Positions 1 through 10,914 are shown, numbered from the stretch's first letter. The stretch is 64,000 nt of DNA from an uncultured Gemmatimonadales bacterium (GCA_963798845.1 CAWCUS010000002.1:160001-224000); one strand, 5' to 3'. Notes: generated by a model not told the origin, from the letters alone. Made by a program: numbers and translations.

Positions 1-62
1 GGGCGATCCTGGCGCGGGAGCCACGGGTCGTGAAGCACAGGAGCCGGAGGATAGGAGAGCGG

Positions 63-1682
63 ATGAAGCGGGAGCGAGTATGGCGTCGCCGGGTGGGCGG
101 GAGCGTGGTGGCGGCGCTGGCCGCCTGGTCGGTCGCGGCCGGCGCGGCGGCGCAGGCGGGGGACAGCACGGCGTCGGGCGCGGAGGGCGATTCACCGGGG
201 CTGCGACTCCCCGTGGTGGAGGACACGCTGTCGAACGGGATGCGGATTCTCGTGCTGCGGCAGCCGGGTGCGCCGACCGTATCGTTCGTGATCCGTTACG
301 AGGTCGGGTCGGTGAACGAGGTGCTGGGGGAAACGGGGATCGCGCATTTCCTGGAGCACCTCCTGTTCAAGGGGACGACCACCGTGGGGACGACGTCGCT
401 CGCCGGGGAGCTGGCGCTGTTCCCGCTCATGGACTCGGTGGCGGACACGCTGCTGCTGGTGCGGGCGGGGCGGGTGGCCGCGAGCGCGGACGTGCGGCTC
501 CGGCGTCGCCTGAAGATGCTGGAGGACAGCGCGCGGGCGGTCGTGGTGCCGAACGAGTACGACCGGCTGTTCACGGAGGAGGGTGGTCGTGACCTGAACG
601 CGGTGACCACGTACGACGGGACGACGTACTTCGTGAGCGTGCCGTCGAACAAGGCGGAGCTCTGGTTCGTCATGGAGGCGGACCGGATGGCGAACCCGGT
701 GTTCCGGGAGTTCTACGCCGAGCGGGACGTGGTGGCGGAAGAGCGGCGCCAGCGGGTGGAGACGAGCCCGGACGGTCGGCTCGCGGAGGAGTTCTACGCG
801 GTGGCGTACCGGGTCCACCCGTACGGCGTGCCGGCGATCGGGAACATGTCGGACATACAGAGCTACACGCGCGCGCAGGTGCGCGATTATCACCGCCGCT
901 TCTACGGTCCGAACAACGCGGTGGTGGCGGTGGTCGGGGACGTGGACCCGAAGCAGGTGGTGAGGTGGGCACGGAAGTACTTCGGTCCGATCCCCCCTGG
1001 CGATGTCCCTGCGCCGGTGCTGGCGACGGAGCCGCCGCAGCGCGGGGAGCGGCGAGTGGAGGTGCTGTTCGACGCGGCCCCGGAGCTGATGCTGGGGTGG
1101 CACATCCCGAGCGGCTACGACCGGGACACGCCGGCCCTGACGGCGCTCGGACGGATCCTGGCGGGTGGGAAGACGTCGCGCCTGTACCGCAGGCTCGTGC
1201 TGGACGACGACCTGGCCACCTCCGTCTCCTTCTCCACGGGACCGGGTTTCCGCTACCCTACCATGTTCACGCTCTCGACGCAGCCGCTCACGGGCCACAG
1301 CACGGACGAGCTCGAGGCGGCGATCTACGAGGAGATCCGGAAGATCCAGGCGGAGCCGCCCACGGCGAAGGAGATGCAGCGGGTCCGGAACCAGAGCGAG
1401 GCGTCGGAGGTCCGACGCGTCGGGTCGCACCTGGGGCTCGGGTTCCAGCTCGCGGAGTCGGTGGCGTTCTACGGAGACTGGCGCCAAACCTTCCGCTCCG
1501 CGGACCGCCTCATGGAAGTGACGCCCGCGGACGTCCAGCGGGTCGCGAAGGAGTACCTGACGCGGGAGAACCGGACGGTGGGGGTGCTGCGCCGCCCCGG
1601 GGACGCGCCGCCCGCCACGCCCACGCCGACCCGCGTGAGCGCTTCCGCGGCCGCCGGGGACGCCGAAGGAGGCCAGCGATGA
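63..1682 (+). CDS. M16 (insulinase/pitrilysin-like) zinc peptidase, catalytic subunit, with signal peptide
   Basis: Inverted zinc motif HFLEH in GIAHFLEHLLFKG; LNAVTTYDGTTYF; ERDVVAEERR. Start ATG at 63 is chosen, not proven. Confidence 0.9.
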   Translation: MKRERVWRRRVGGSVVAALAAWSVAAGAAAQAGDSTASGAEGDSPGLRLPVVEDTLSNGMRILVLRQPGAPTVSFVIRYEVGSVNEVLGETGIAHFLEHLLFKGTTTVGTTSLAGELALFPLMDSVADTLLLVRAGRVAASADVRLRRRLKMLEDSARAVVVPNEYDRLFTEEGGRDLNAVTTYDGTTYFVSVPSNKAELWFVMEADRMANPVFREFYAERDVVAEERRQRVETSPDGRLAEEFYAVAYRVHPYGVPAIGNMSDIQSYTRAQVRDYHRRFYGPNNAVVAVVGDVDPKQVVRWARKYFGPIPPGDVPAPVLATEPPQRGERRVEVLFDAAPELMLGWHIPSGYDRDTPALTALGRILAGGKTSRLYRRLVLDDDLATSVSFSTGPGFRYPTMFTLSTQPLTGHSTDELEAAIYEEIRKIQAEPPTAKEMQRVRNQSEASEVRRVGSHLGLGFQLAESVAFYGDWRQTFRSADRLMEVTPADVQRVAKEYLTRENRTVGVLRRPGDAPPATPTPTRVSASAAAGDAEGGQR

Positions 1683-3199
1683 GTGCGGGCATGCGGCCGC
1701 GTGCGGGCGCCGTGGCGCTTGCCGTGGCGGTGGCGTCGTGCGGGGTGCTGCGGCACCCGGAGCCGGTCGCGCCCGGGTCGCCTCCCACGGTGGAACAGGT
1801 GGCGCAGGCCGAAGCGGACTCGCTCCTGCACCGTCCCGGTCCGCCGGTGGGGCTGGACGTCGTGGAAGGCCTGAAGTACCCGTCGCTGCGTTTCGACCCG
1901 CCGCAGCCGGAGCAGTTCAAGCTGTCGAACGGCGTGACGGTGTTCTTCCTGGAGGACCACACGCTCCCGGTGGTGGACGCGTTCATCGACATGAAGGGCG
2001 GCTACGTCTACTTCGACCGGGGGCGCTACGCGGCCGCGGCGGCGCTGCTTCCGCTGATGCGGAACGGGGGAACGCGAGCGCTGTCCTCGGACTCGGTGGA
2101 CGAGATCATCGAGTTCAACGCGCTGGGGATGAACACCTCCACGGACGGGGCGAGGATGGTGTTCGGCGTGAGCGGGCTGCGCCGGCAGCTCGACCTGACC
2201 CTGGGGCTGTGGGGCGACATCCTGCTGCACCCGCGCTTCGAAGCGGCCGCCGTGGAAAGGTGGCGGCTGCGCGAACTGGAGTCGGTGCGCAGGATCGCGG
2301 ACTTCCCCGGCTCTCTGGCGGTGCTGGAGTTCAATCGCCTCATGTACGGCACGCACCCCACCGGCTGGATGATGCGCGAGTCGGACCTGTCGCCGGACAA
2401 GCTCACGCCGGCCCGGCTGCGCGACATGCACCGGCGCACGGTCTGCCCCGAGGGCGCGGTCATCGGTGCCGCGGGCGACGTGACGCGGGAGGAGATCCGG
2501 GCGGCGCTCGAGAAGGCCCTGGCCGGGTGGAAGCCGTGCGGTCACGAGCTCCAGACTCCGCCGCCGCCGACGCTCCTTCACCAGCCGGGGATCTACGTGA
2601 TCCCGAAAGCCCTGAGCCAGAGCACGATCGTCGTGGGGCAGCCCGGGGGCGTGCTGCTGGGCGAGTCGCCGGAGTACTTCGCGTCGCGCATCGCGAACTG
2701 GGTGATCGGCGGGAGCGGTTTCACGAGCCGGCTCATGACGCGGCTGCGGACCGAAGAGGGACTGGCCTACAGCGCGGCGTCGATCTGGGGCGCGGCGCGG
2801 GACCACGAGCGGATCTTCGGCGCCATCACCCACACCAAGAGCGAGAGCACGCTGGACGCCGTGGCCATGCTGGTCGGGACGCTCGACCAGGCGCTCACCA
2901 ACCCGCCCGACAGCCAGGAGGTGAAACTCGCGCGCGAGGCGATCGTGAACGGGTTCGTCTTCGGCTTCAGCAGCCCGGTGGAGGTGGTGGCGCGGCAGGT
3001 GACCTACATGGCCGACGGCTTCCCCTCCGACTGGCTGACGCGCTACCTGAACGGCATCCGCGCCGTCGACTCCGCCTCCGTGGCCGACGTCCTGCACAGG
3101 CGCCTGGACCCGAAGGGATTCAGCATCCTCATCGTGGGTGATACGACCGCGTTCGACATGCGGACGCTGGGAGATTATCGGGTGCTGGCGGGGCGGTAG
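1679..3199 (+). CDS. M16 peptidase non-catalytic partner subunit, probable lipoprotein
   Basis: ATGA overlap with previous stop; lipobox-like VASC; LSNGVTVFFLEDHTLP; SRLMTRLRTEEGLAYS; no HxxEH. Confidence 0.85.
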   Translation: MSAGMRPRAGAVALAVAVASCGVLRHPEPVAPGSPPTVEQVAQAEADSLLHRPGPPVGLDVVEGLKYPSLRFDPPQPEQFKLSNGVTVFFLEDHTLPVVDAFIDMKGGYVYFDRGRYAAAAALLPLMRNGGTRALSSDSVDEIIEFNALGMNTSTDGARMVFGVSGLRRQLDLTLGLWGDILLHPRFEAAAVERWRLRELESVRRIADFPGSLAVLEFNRLMYGTHPTGWMMRESDLSPDKLTPARLRDMHRRTVCPEGAVIGAAGDVTREEIRAALEKALAGWKPCGHELQTPPPPTLLHQPGIYVIPKALSQSTIVVGQPGGVLLGESPEYFASRIANWVIGGSGFTSRLMTRLRTEEGLAYSAASIWGAARDHERIFGAITHTKSESTLDAVAMLVGTLDQALTNPPDSQEVKLAREAIVNGFVFGFSSPVEVVARQVTYMADGFPSDWLTRYLNGIRAVDSASVADVLHRRLDPKGFSILIVGDTTAFDMRTLGDYRVLAGR

Positions 3200-3304
3200 C
3201 GCGGTTGGAGCTCGCTGCTTCCGGCCGTTGCGCCAGGCCGGCGCTCGCGGGCGCCGGGACGTAGCGGCGGCCGGCGAAGCGGCCGCCGCGGGAGCCGCGA
3301 CCGA

Positions 3305-3408
3305 GTGAGCCCCCTCTGCGCGCCTCCGGCGCGCCCCTCTGCGAACGAAGTGAGCCCCTCTGCGAACGAAGTGAGCCCCTCTGCGCGCCTCCGGCGCGCC
3401 CCTCTGCG
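3305..3408. repeat. Short imperfect repeat cluster (GTGAGCCCCTCTGCG / GCGCCCCTCTGCG units)
   Basis: Five CCCCTCTGCG cores with GCGCGCCTCCGGCGCGC hairpin or AACGAAGTGAG linkers; a similar core lies near 9341-9354. Confidence 0.8.
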
Positions 3409-3564
3409 AGGCCAGAGGCCGAGCGACCGGTTTGCCTACACCAATATCGGGAAAACCCCCACGCGCGCCGGACTGGCTTCGCCGTGCATCAGGCTTAGAT
3501 TGTGGGCGGCCGCGTGGAAGCGCCAGACGCGGTGGACACGCCCGATCCGAAGGAGGAAACGCCG

Positions 3565-4711
3565 ATGAAGGTAGGAGTGCCGCGGGAGGTGGCCCGGGGT
3601 GAGCGTCGGGTTGCCCTGGTCCCGGACACGGTGGCGAAGCTGGTGGGCTCGGGGATGGAAGTGGTGGTGGAGAAGGGGGCGGGGACCGAGGCAGGTTTCG
3701 CCGATTCTGCATACGCCAATGCGGGCGCGACGGTGGCGGATGACGCTGCCGTTTTTGCTGCCGACGTGGTCGTGAAGGTGGCGCCGCCGATGGTGGGCGC
3801 CGGCGCGGACGAGGTGGCGAAGCTGAAGGCCGGGGGCGCGCTGATCGCCTTCCTTCAGCCGCTGGTCTCGCCCGAGCTCGTGAACGGCCTGGCCGCGGCG
3901 AAGGTGACCAGCTTCAGCATGGAGCTGGTGCCGCGGATCACCGTGGCCCAGCGCATGGATGCTCTCTCGAGCCAGGCTACCGCCGCGGGCTACGTCGCCG
4001 CGCTGCGAGGGGCGCTGGATGTCGACGTTTTCTTCCCCATGCTCACCACGGCAGCGGGGACCATCCCGCCGGCCAAGGTGCTGGTGATCGGGGCCGGGGT
4101 AGCGGGGCTGCAGGCGATCGCCACGGCGAAGCGCCTGGGCGCGCGGGTGAAGGGCTTCGATATCCGCCCGGCCGCGGCCGAGCAGGTGGAGAGCCTGGGT
4201 GCCCAGTTCGTGGGCATCACGCTGGAGGAAGCCGAGACCAAGGGCGGCTACGCCAAGGAAGTGACGGCGGACCAGCAGAAGAAGGAGCACGAGCTGCTCC
4301 AGAAGATCTGCGCGGAGAGCGACGTCGTGATCACCACCGCTCAGGTGCCGGGCCGGAAGGCGCCGGTGCTGATCACGCGGGACATGGTGGAGGCCATGCG
4401 TCCGGGGTCGGCGATCGTGGACCTGGCCGCGGAGTCGGGCGGGAACTGCGAGCTGACGAAGGCGGGCGAGACGGTGGTGGAGAACGGCGTGCAGATCATC
4501 GGCCTCGTGGACGCGGCCAGTGTGCTGCCGAAAAACTCCAGCCAGAATGTACTCGAAGAACATCCACGAGCTGCTGAAGCACCTGTATGACGAGGAGGCG
4601 AAGCAGCTGAAGCTGGACTTCGAGGACGAGATCACGCGGGAGTCGTGCGTGACGCACGACGGGACAGTCGTGCACGAACGGACGCGCGCCGCCATCGGCG
4701 CGGGCGCCTGA
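3565..4711 (+). CDS. pntA: NAD(P) transhydrogenase alpha subunit part 1 (dI), with an apparent +1 frameshift near 4546
   Basis: AGGAGG RBS at 3551; GERRVALVP, QRMDALSSQ, GAGVAGLQA, GGYAKE, VDLAAESGGNC. The C-terminus MYSKNI...DFEDEI is in another frame after CAG-A-ATG. Confidence 0.9.
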
Positions 4712-4725
4712 GGAGGGGAAAGCAC

Positions 4726-5028
4726 ATGCAAGGCTACGACCTGCTGTTTTCGATCTACATCCTCGTACTCGCGATCTTCGTGGGCTTCGAGGTCATCACG
4801 AAGGTGCCGACGATCCTCCACACGCCGCTGATGTCCGGGTCCAACGCGATCTCGGGGATCACCATCGTGGGCGCGATCCTGGTGCTGTCGGCTCTCACCG
4901 AGGGAACGATTTCAACGATCCTGGGCGTGATCGCGCTCATCATGGCGACGATCAACGTGGTCGGCGGATTCGTGGTGACCGATCGCATGCTCCAGATGTT
5001 CAAGAAGAAGGAAGAACGGGAGGCCTGA
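4726..5028 (+). CDS. pntA: NAD(P) transhydrogenase alpha subunit part 2 (membrane)
   Basis: LHTPLMSGSNAISG and INVVGGFVVTDRMLQMF; GAGG RBS. Confidence 0.95.
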   Translation: MQGYDLLFSIYILVLAIFVGFEVITKVPTILHTPLMSGSNAISGITIVGAILVLSALTEGTISTILGVIALIMATINVVGGFVVTDRMLQMFKKKEEREA

Positions 5029-5029
5029 C

Positions 5030-6445
5030 GTGGATGCACAAATTGGAGGACCGCTGCCGGTCTTCATCAAGATTGCGTACCTGGTCGCGTCCGTCCTGTT
5101 CATCCTGGGGCTGAAGCGCCTCAGCTCCCCCAAGACGGCGCGGCAGGGCAACATGCTGGGCGCCCTCGGGATGCTCCTGGCCATCGTCGCCACGATGGTG
5201 GACGGCCAGGTGCTGCAGGGCGGGCTGGACTGGCTGTGGATCGTCGCGGGCATCGCCGCCGGCACCGGCATCGGCTGGTTCCTGGCGAAATGGGTGAAGA
5301 TGACGGCCATGCCGCAGATGGTGGCCATCTTCAACGGCTTCGGCGGCGGCGCGTCGGCGCTGGTCGCGGCGGTGGAGTTCCTGAAGCCGACGACGGCGGA
5401 CGCGACGACCACCGTCGCCCTCACCATAGTTCTGTCGGTGCTCATCGGCGCCGTGACGCTGTCGGGGAGCTTCCTGGCGTGGGCCAAGCTCGAAGGCCAC
5501 TTCGAGAAGGCGCTCACCTATCCGGGCGGCAACTTCGTCAACCTGCTCGTCTTTCTGGGCACGCTGGCGATCGGCGGCTACCTGACGGCCGTGCCCGGTG
5601 CGGATCCTTGGTGGTTCGTCGGCCTGTCGGCGCTCGCGCTCATCTTCGGCATCATGTTCGTCATGCCCATTGGCGGAGCGGACATGCCCGTGGTGATCGC
5701 GCTGCTGAACTCGTATTCCGGGCTCGCGGCTTCGGCCACCGGCTTCGTGCTGAACAACAACGTGCTGATCATCGCCGGGGCGCTGGTGGGGGCGTCGGGC
5801 ATCATCCTGAGCGCCATCATGTGCCGCGCGATGAACCGGTCGCTGGCCAACGTGCTCTTCAGCGCGTTCGGCTCGCAGACGGCGGCCGTGACGGCGGGCG
5901 AGGGTGGGCCGAAGATCGTCAAGGAGATCAACGCCGAGGATACCGCCGTGCTCATGTCCTACTCGGAGAGCGTGGTGATCGTCCCCGGCTACGGGCTGGC
6001 CGTGGCCCAGGCGCAGCACCAGGCGAGGGAGCTGGCCGACCTGCTGGCCGAGAAGGGTGTGAGCGTGAAGTTCGCGATCCACCCCGTGGCCGGCCGCATG
6101 CCCGGTCACATGAACGTGCTGCTGGCCGAGGCCAATGTGCCTTATGACCAGCTGTACGAGGCGGATGACATCAACAGCGAGCTCGAGCGCACCGACGTGG
6201 TGCTGATCCTCGGCGCCAACGACGTGGTGAACCCGGACGCGCGGACGAACGAGTCGAGCCCGCTGTATGGGATGCCCATCATCAACGCCGACCACGCGAA
6301 GAACACCATCGTGGTGAAGCGGAGCCTGAACCCGGGCTTCGCGGGGACGGACAACCCGTTGTTCTACAAGGACAACAACCGGATGCTGTTCGGCGATGCG
6401 AAGAAGGTGCTGACGGCGCTGGTGAGCGAGCTGAAGAAGGTGTAG
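5030..6445 (+). CDS. pntB: NAD(P) transhydrogenase beta subunit
   Basis: MTAMPQMVA, IGGADMPVVIALLNSYSG, PGYGLAVAQAQ, IHPVAGRMPGHMNVLLAEA, GANDVVNP. Confidence 0.97.
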   Translation: MDAQIGGPLPVFIKIAYLVASVLFILGLKRLSSPKTARQGNMLGALGMLLAIVATMVDGQVLQGGLDWLWIVAGIAAGTGIGWFLAKWVKMTAMPQMVAIFNGFGGGASALVAAVEFLKPTTADATTTVALTIVLSVLIGAVTLSGSFLAWAKLEGHFEKALTYPGGNFVNLLVFLGTLAIGGYLTAVPGADPWWFVGLSALALIFGIMFVMPIGGADMPVVIALLNSYSGLAASATGFVLNNNVLIIAGALVGASGIILSAIMCRAMNRSLANVLFSAFGSQTAAVTAGEGGPKIVKEINAEDTAVLMSYSESVVIVPGYGLAVAQAQHQARELADLLAEKGVSVKFAIHPVAGRMPGHMNVLLAEANVPYDQLYEADDINSELERTDVVLILGANDVVNPDARTNESSPLYGMPIINADHAKNTIVVKRSLNPGFAGTDNPLFYKDNNRMLFGDAKKVLTALVSELKKV

Positions 6446-6473
6446 GCCGGGCAGGGCAGCAAGGGGGTGGGGG

Positions 6474-6509
6474 AACCCGGCGCCGAGCGATCGGCGCCGG
6501 GTTATTTTT
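6474..6509 (+). terminator. Rho-independent terminator after pntB
   Basis: 13-bp stem AACCCGGCGCCGA/TCGGCGCCGGGTT, GCGA loop, followed by ATTTTT. Confidence 0.8.
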
Positions 6510-7534
6510 CGGACCTGGTACCAGAATCCACATTTCTCCCCAGCTCGAGCCGCCGCGGGGCGCTGTTGTGCTCACCGCCGCAGGGGGTTTTGGGCGCCGT
6601 CGGCCGCAAATAGTTGGACACGCACTGCCGACTTACCCGCAGGTAGCGGGCGATGGCGCAGCGCGGGTATCCCTCCTCGCTCATTCGTCGAGCCATGGCG
6701 CGCCGCGCGCGCACGTGGTCACGGCGCTTGTCTCCGCACCGTACGGCGTCGATGTCCAGGCGGCGGCCCGGCTCGGCGGCAAGGGTACTCCGGGCAAGGT
6801 CGCGGAGGTCTGGGCGGCGGGGCCGGGGCGACCCGGCGACCGGCGGGGAACAGAACAGCGGGGCGAAGGCCTCAGCCCACCGCCCATCCCTACCGAGGAA
6901 TGGCGGCGGAGGAGGCGGCTCGATGGCCGGCGAACCGTCCAGTCTCTGGGCTCCGTCGCATGCCAGTCGCCAGGCGAGGTAACGATCGTAGCTCCTGCGC
7001 TGGCCGCCGGTCGCCGCTCCGCGCCGTGCGGCGAAAAGCTTCAGCCCCACGCGAACATCCACGGAAGAGGCGACCAAGTCGTTGATCGGGGCAGCGCCAC
7101 GAGCGTACAGCAGGTGCGAAGTCCATCGGTATTCAGACGCGTCCTGGCAGAGATCGGCGCGGACCGGGTTCAGGTGCGTGTAGACGATCGCGTTGCGGGC
7201 GTGGTCCGGGTCGATGCACGCCCGCTCGCGGAAGCGTCGCTCGAAGACGTGGCCTTCGATCGCGTGGCGGCGGTGGAGCAGTAGCGCGCTGCGTCGAAGG
7301 AGCGGGTGAAGAACGCGTCCGAGTGCGCAATCACCCTGCTGCACAACAAGAATGCAGGTGGTTCGGCATGACGGCGAATGCCAGGAGACGCGCGTCGGAC
7401 CCGGTGATGGCTGAAGCCATGAAGGCTGTGATCGAGTCGCGGACGTCCGGCGTGAACCAGGCGGCGTGCCCCTGCGTGCGCGCGGTCACGTGGAAGATGG
7501 TCCCGGGCAGGTACGGACGAGCAATGCGTGCCAT
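6502..7534 (-). mobile_element. REP-associated tyrosine transposase-like (HUH Y1) gene with C-terminal HTH, apparent +1 frameshift near 7351
   Basis: MARIARPYLPGTIFHVTAR, AFAVMPNHLH (HUH), GHVFERRF, YTHLNPVRA, YRWTS. The two ORFs (7331-7534, 6502-7344) join if one T is removed in CAT-T-CTT. Confidence 0.85.
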
Positions 7535-7670
7535 GCGGGGGAGTTTGCACCGGTCCGGCGGGCAGAGGGATAGCTCGGCCGGACAAATATTGAATGTGGA
7601 TCCAGGTCCGAGTATGGTCCGAGTATGGCGGGTCCTCCCGAGATCCCTCTGCAGCCGTTACTTTCCCGGC

Positions 7671-8589
7671 GTGCCTGCGACCACGAGAGCGACGACGGGG
7701 AGAAAGGCGACGAAGTCGGCGAGCTTCCGGACCGTGTTCGGCGACCTGGCCGAGCTGACCAAGCCGGGCATCACGCGGCTCGTCGTATTCACCACGGGCG
7801 CGGGCTACCTCATGGCGGCGGGGCGGGAGATGGACTTCCTGCGCCTGTTCAACACCGTTTTCGGGGCCGCGCTGGCGTCGGCGGGGGCGAACGCGCTGAA
7901 CATGTGGTGGGAGCGGGAGACGGACGGGCACATGAAGCGGACGCGGATGCGGCCGCTGCCCGCCGGGCGAGTCTCGCCGCGGACGGCGCTGGGGCTGGCA
8001 CTGGTTCTGTCCGTTCTCGGGCTCGCGCACCTCGCCCTGTTCGTGAACCTGGAGACGCTGCTGCTGGTGGCGACCAGTCTGGTCACGTACATCCTCGTCT
8101 ACACGCCGCTCAAGCGACGGACCCACCACGCCACGCTCATCGGCGCGCTCCCGGGCTCGCTCCCGACGCTGGCCGGGTGGACGGCGGCCGGGCACCCGAT
8201 CACGCTCACCGCGCTGGCGCTCATGGGGGTCGTCTTCTTCTGGCAGAATGCCACACTTCTACGCGCTGGCCTGGGTTTATCGCGACGACTACGCCCGGGG
8301 AGGCATGCGCATGCTGACCTCGGTGGACCCGCGAGGGACGCGGCTCGGGCTCGAGAGCACGCTTTACTCGGCGCTGCTCCTCGTGACGAGCATGGTGCTG
8401 GTGGCCACGGGGCTGATCGACTGGGTCTACGGCGTGGGCGCGCTGGCGCTCGGCACGGTCATGGTCGTCCTGGGCGGGCGGCTCTGGCGGGTGCGGGAGG
8501 ACCGTCGCGCGTGGCATCTGTTCTTCGGCTCCATTCTTTATCTCCCCGCCCTCCTCGTCCTGATGCTGGTCGACCGCTTCTTCCTGTAG
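7671..8589 (+). CDS. ctaB: Protoheme IX farnesyltransferase (heme O synthase), apparent +1 frameshift near 8247
   Basis: ELTKPGI, ANALNM, DGHMKRTRMRPLPAG, YTPLKR. WQ|MPHFYALA is split at CAG-A-ATG; DDYARGG follows. Confidence 0.9.
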
Positions 8590-8699
8590 ACGACGACGCC
8601 CTGCGGCTGCGCGGCGGATTCCCGCCGAGGCCGGCCCGGAGTTGCCTGCCGGGGGGCGGGGATGCTATCCGTTCCCGCCACGAGAGGAGGGGTAGGTCC

Positions 8700-9257
8700 A
8701 TGACGGCGACTGGGACGAGGGAGGGGCTCCGCCACAATGTCGAGCGGCTCTGGCCGGAGCTGGAGTGGATCGAGGATGGGGAGCTGCGGGAGCGGGTGGC
8801 GCGGACCTGGGAGCTGGCGCTGGAGCGGAGCCCGCTGGCGGCCGATGACCTGGAGCGGATCCCGTTCACGCTCCTGGTGAAGGACTGCGGCGCCACGTTC
8901 ATGCAGCACAAGCGCTGCGTGGTGCACATCGCCCGCGATGGCGCCCGCGCAATGCACGCGTTCATGGGCCATGCCCTGGCGATCGACACGGACACGGTGA
9001 TCGCCGGGGCGATCCTGGCCGATGTGGGCAAGCTCCTCGAGTACGAGAAGGAAGGCGACCAGACCCGCCAGAGCGCCCGCGGCCAGGCGCTCCGGCACCC
9101 GTTCACCGGCGTCGCCCTGGCGCTGGAGGCGGGCGTGCCCGACGCGATCTGCCACATCATCGCCGCGCACGCCGGGGAGGGCGACCTGGTGAAGCGGAGC
9201 ACGGAGGCGATCATCGTCCATCACGCAGACTTCATGGCCTACCTTCCGTTCCGGTAG
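8700..9257 (+). CDS. HD-superfamily metal-dependent phosphohydrolase-like protein
   Basis: GAGGAGG RBS; H..CVV, GAILADVGK (HD replaced by AD), RHPFTG, IIAAH, IVHHAD. Confidence 0.75.
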   Translation: MTATGTREGLRHNVERLWPELEWIEDGELRERVARTWELALERSPLAADDLERIPFTLLVKDCGATFMQHKRCVVHIARDGARAMHAFMGHALAIDTDTVIAGAILADVGKLLEYEKEGDQTRQSARGQALRHPFTGVALALEAGVPDAICHIIAAHAGEGDLVKRSTEAIIVHHADFMAYLPFR

Positions 9258-9512
9258 CCCGCCCCCGTCCACCGGGGACCGGCCGCCGGGCCGTTCAAGA
9301 CGCGCGGCCCTGCCTCCGAGCCGGGCGAGTCGGCCGAGCCGAGCCCCCTCTGCGCCCGTAGGGCCGAGCCAATCCTGTAAGGGAATCCCTCCTCCTGTCC
9401 GTCCGCCATCGTCGTCCGTCCCCGCGCGCGATTTCAAGGGATTCCCCACAGCCCCGGGTAGTCCTGTGCGGTAGCTTCGCAGGAGGACCGACTCTGACCC
9501 TCCGGAGGACTC

Positions 9513-10914
9513 ATGGCCACCACCGTCTCTTCCACGCCCGTCGGCACGGTCAGCGCGCGGCTGGCGGACCTGGGCGGCGGATCTCTCGTTCGACGATCTC
9601 GGCCCGGAGGCGATCCACGAGGCCAAGCGCTACCTGCTGGACTCGCTGGGGTGTGCGCTGGGGGGCTTCCGGCAGCACGACGTGAAGATCGCGCTGCAGG
9701 TGCTGGACGAGGTGGCGGGGGAGGGCCGGGCGACGGTGCTGGGGAGCGGCCGGCGGATGGACGTGGTGTCGGCGTCGCTGGCGAACGCGTTGATGATCCG
9801 CGTGATGGACTACAACGACATCTACTGGCAGCAGGACCCGTCGCACCCATCGGACCTGATCCCGGCGGCGCTGGCAATGGCGGAGCGGCAGGGACTGGGC
9901 GGGCGCGACGCGATCCTGGGGATCGTGCTGGGGCACGAGCTGGAGATGCGTTTCTGTGAAGCGGCGTTTCCGGGGATCCGGGAGCGCGGCTGGCACCACG
10001 CCACGCTGACGGCGTTCGTGTCGCCGGTGGTAGCAGGTCGGCTTCTGGGGCTGGACGCGGAGCGGATCCGGCACGCCATCGGGATCAGCGGCTCGAGCCA
10101 CGCCACCGTGGGCGGCGTGGTGGCGGGCAAGCTGTCGATGATGAAGAACACGGCGGACCCGATGGCCACGCAGGCGGGCGTGATGGCCGCGCTGCTGGCG
10201 GAGCGGGGCTACACGGGCCCTGAGGGGGTGGTGGAGGGGAAGGAAGGGCTGGTCCACGTCATGGGCCCGGAATGGAAGCTGGAGGTCCTGACCGAGGGCC
10301 TGGGGGAGAGCTGGCGGATCGAGCGGTGCGGGATGAAGGCGTTCCCGACGGAGGCGCTGACGCACGCGCCGATCTCCGCGGTGCTGGACGTGGTGATGGA
10401 GCACGACCTGAAGCCGGCTGAGATCGAGAAGGTGCGGATCCGGTCGCTGGCCCGGGCGGCGGACATCCTTGCGGACGCGAGCAAGTACGACCCGCGCACG
10501 AAGGAGACGGCGGACCACAGCCTGCCGTACGTGATCGCGGCTGCGATCGTGGACCGTCAGGTGACGCCGCGTCAGTTCGAGGCGGAGCGCATCATGGACC
10601 CTGAAGTCCGGGCCCAGCTGGCGAAGGTGGAAGTGGTGGCGGACGCGGAAATCGAGGCGGTGTTCCCGAAGCTGCAGCGTGTGCACGTGACCGTGCTGAC
10701 GAGGGACGGCCGCGAGCTGACGAAGCAGCTGGACTATCCGAAGGGGGATCCGCGGAACCCGCTCACGGATGCGGAGGTGGAGGCGAAGTTCGCGGCGCTG
10801 GCGGAGCCCGTGATGACGGGGGCGTCGCAGCGTCGGCTGGTGGACGCCGTCTGGTCGCTGGAGCGGCAGGACAGCGTGTCGGCGCTCATGCGGCTCGCGC
10901 GGGCGGACCGCTAG
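9513..10914 (+). CDS. prpD: MmgE/PrpD-family dehydratase, apparent +1 frameshift near 9570
   Basis: GGAGG RBS; removing one C gives ARLADWAADLSFDDL...AKRYLLDSLGCALGG; DYND, SHPSD, GKLSMMK, ETADHSLPY, YPKGDPRNP. Confidence 0.85.

Noticed and set aside
4543..8250. Programmed ribosomal frameshifting at CAG-A-ATG
   Set aside because: The same insertion appears on the non-coding strand of the RAYT and within a tRNA stem, so it cannot be translational.
7323..9257. 644-aa CtaB-HD fusion ORF
   Set aside because: It arises from the +1 insertion at about 8247. The true CtaB C-terminus is in 8248-8589, and the HD gene has its own RBS.
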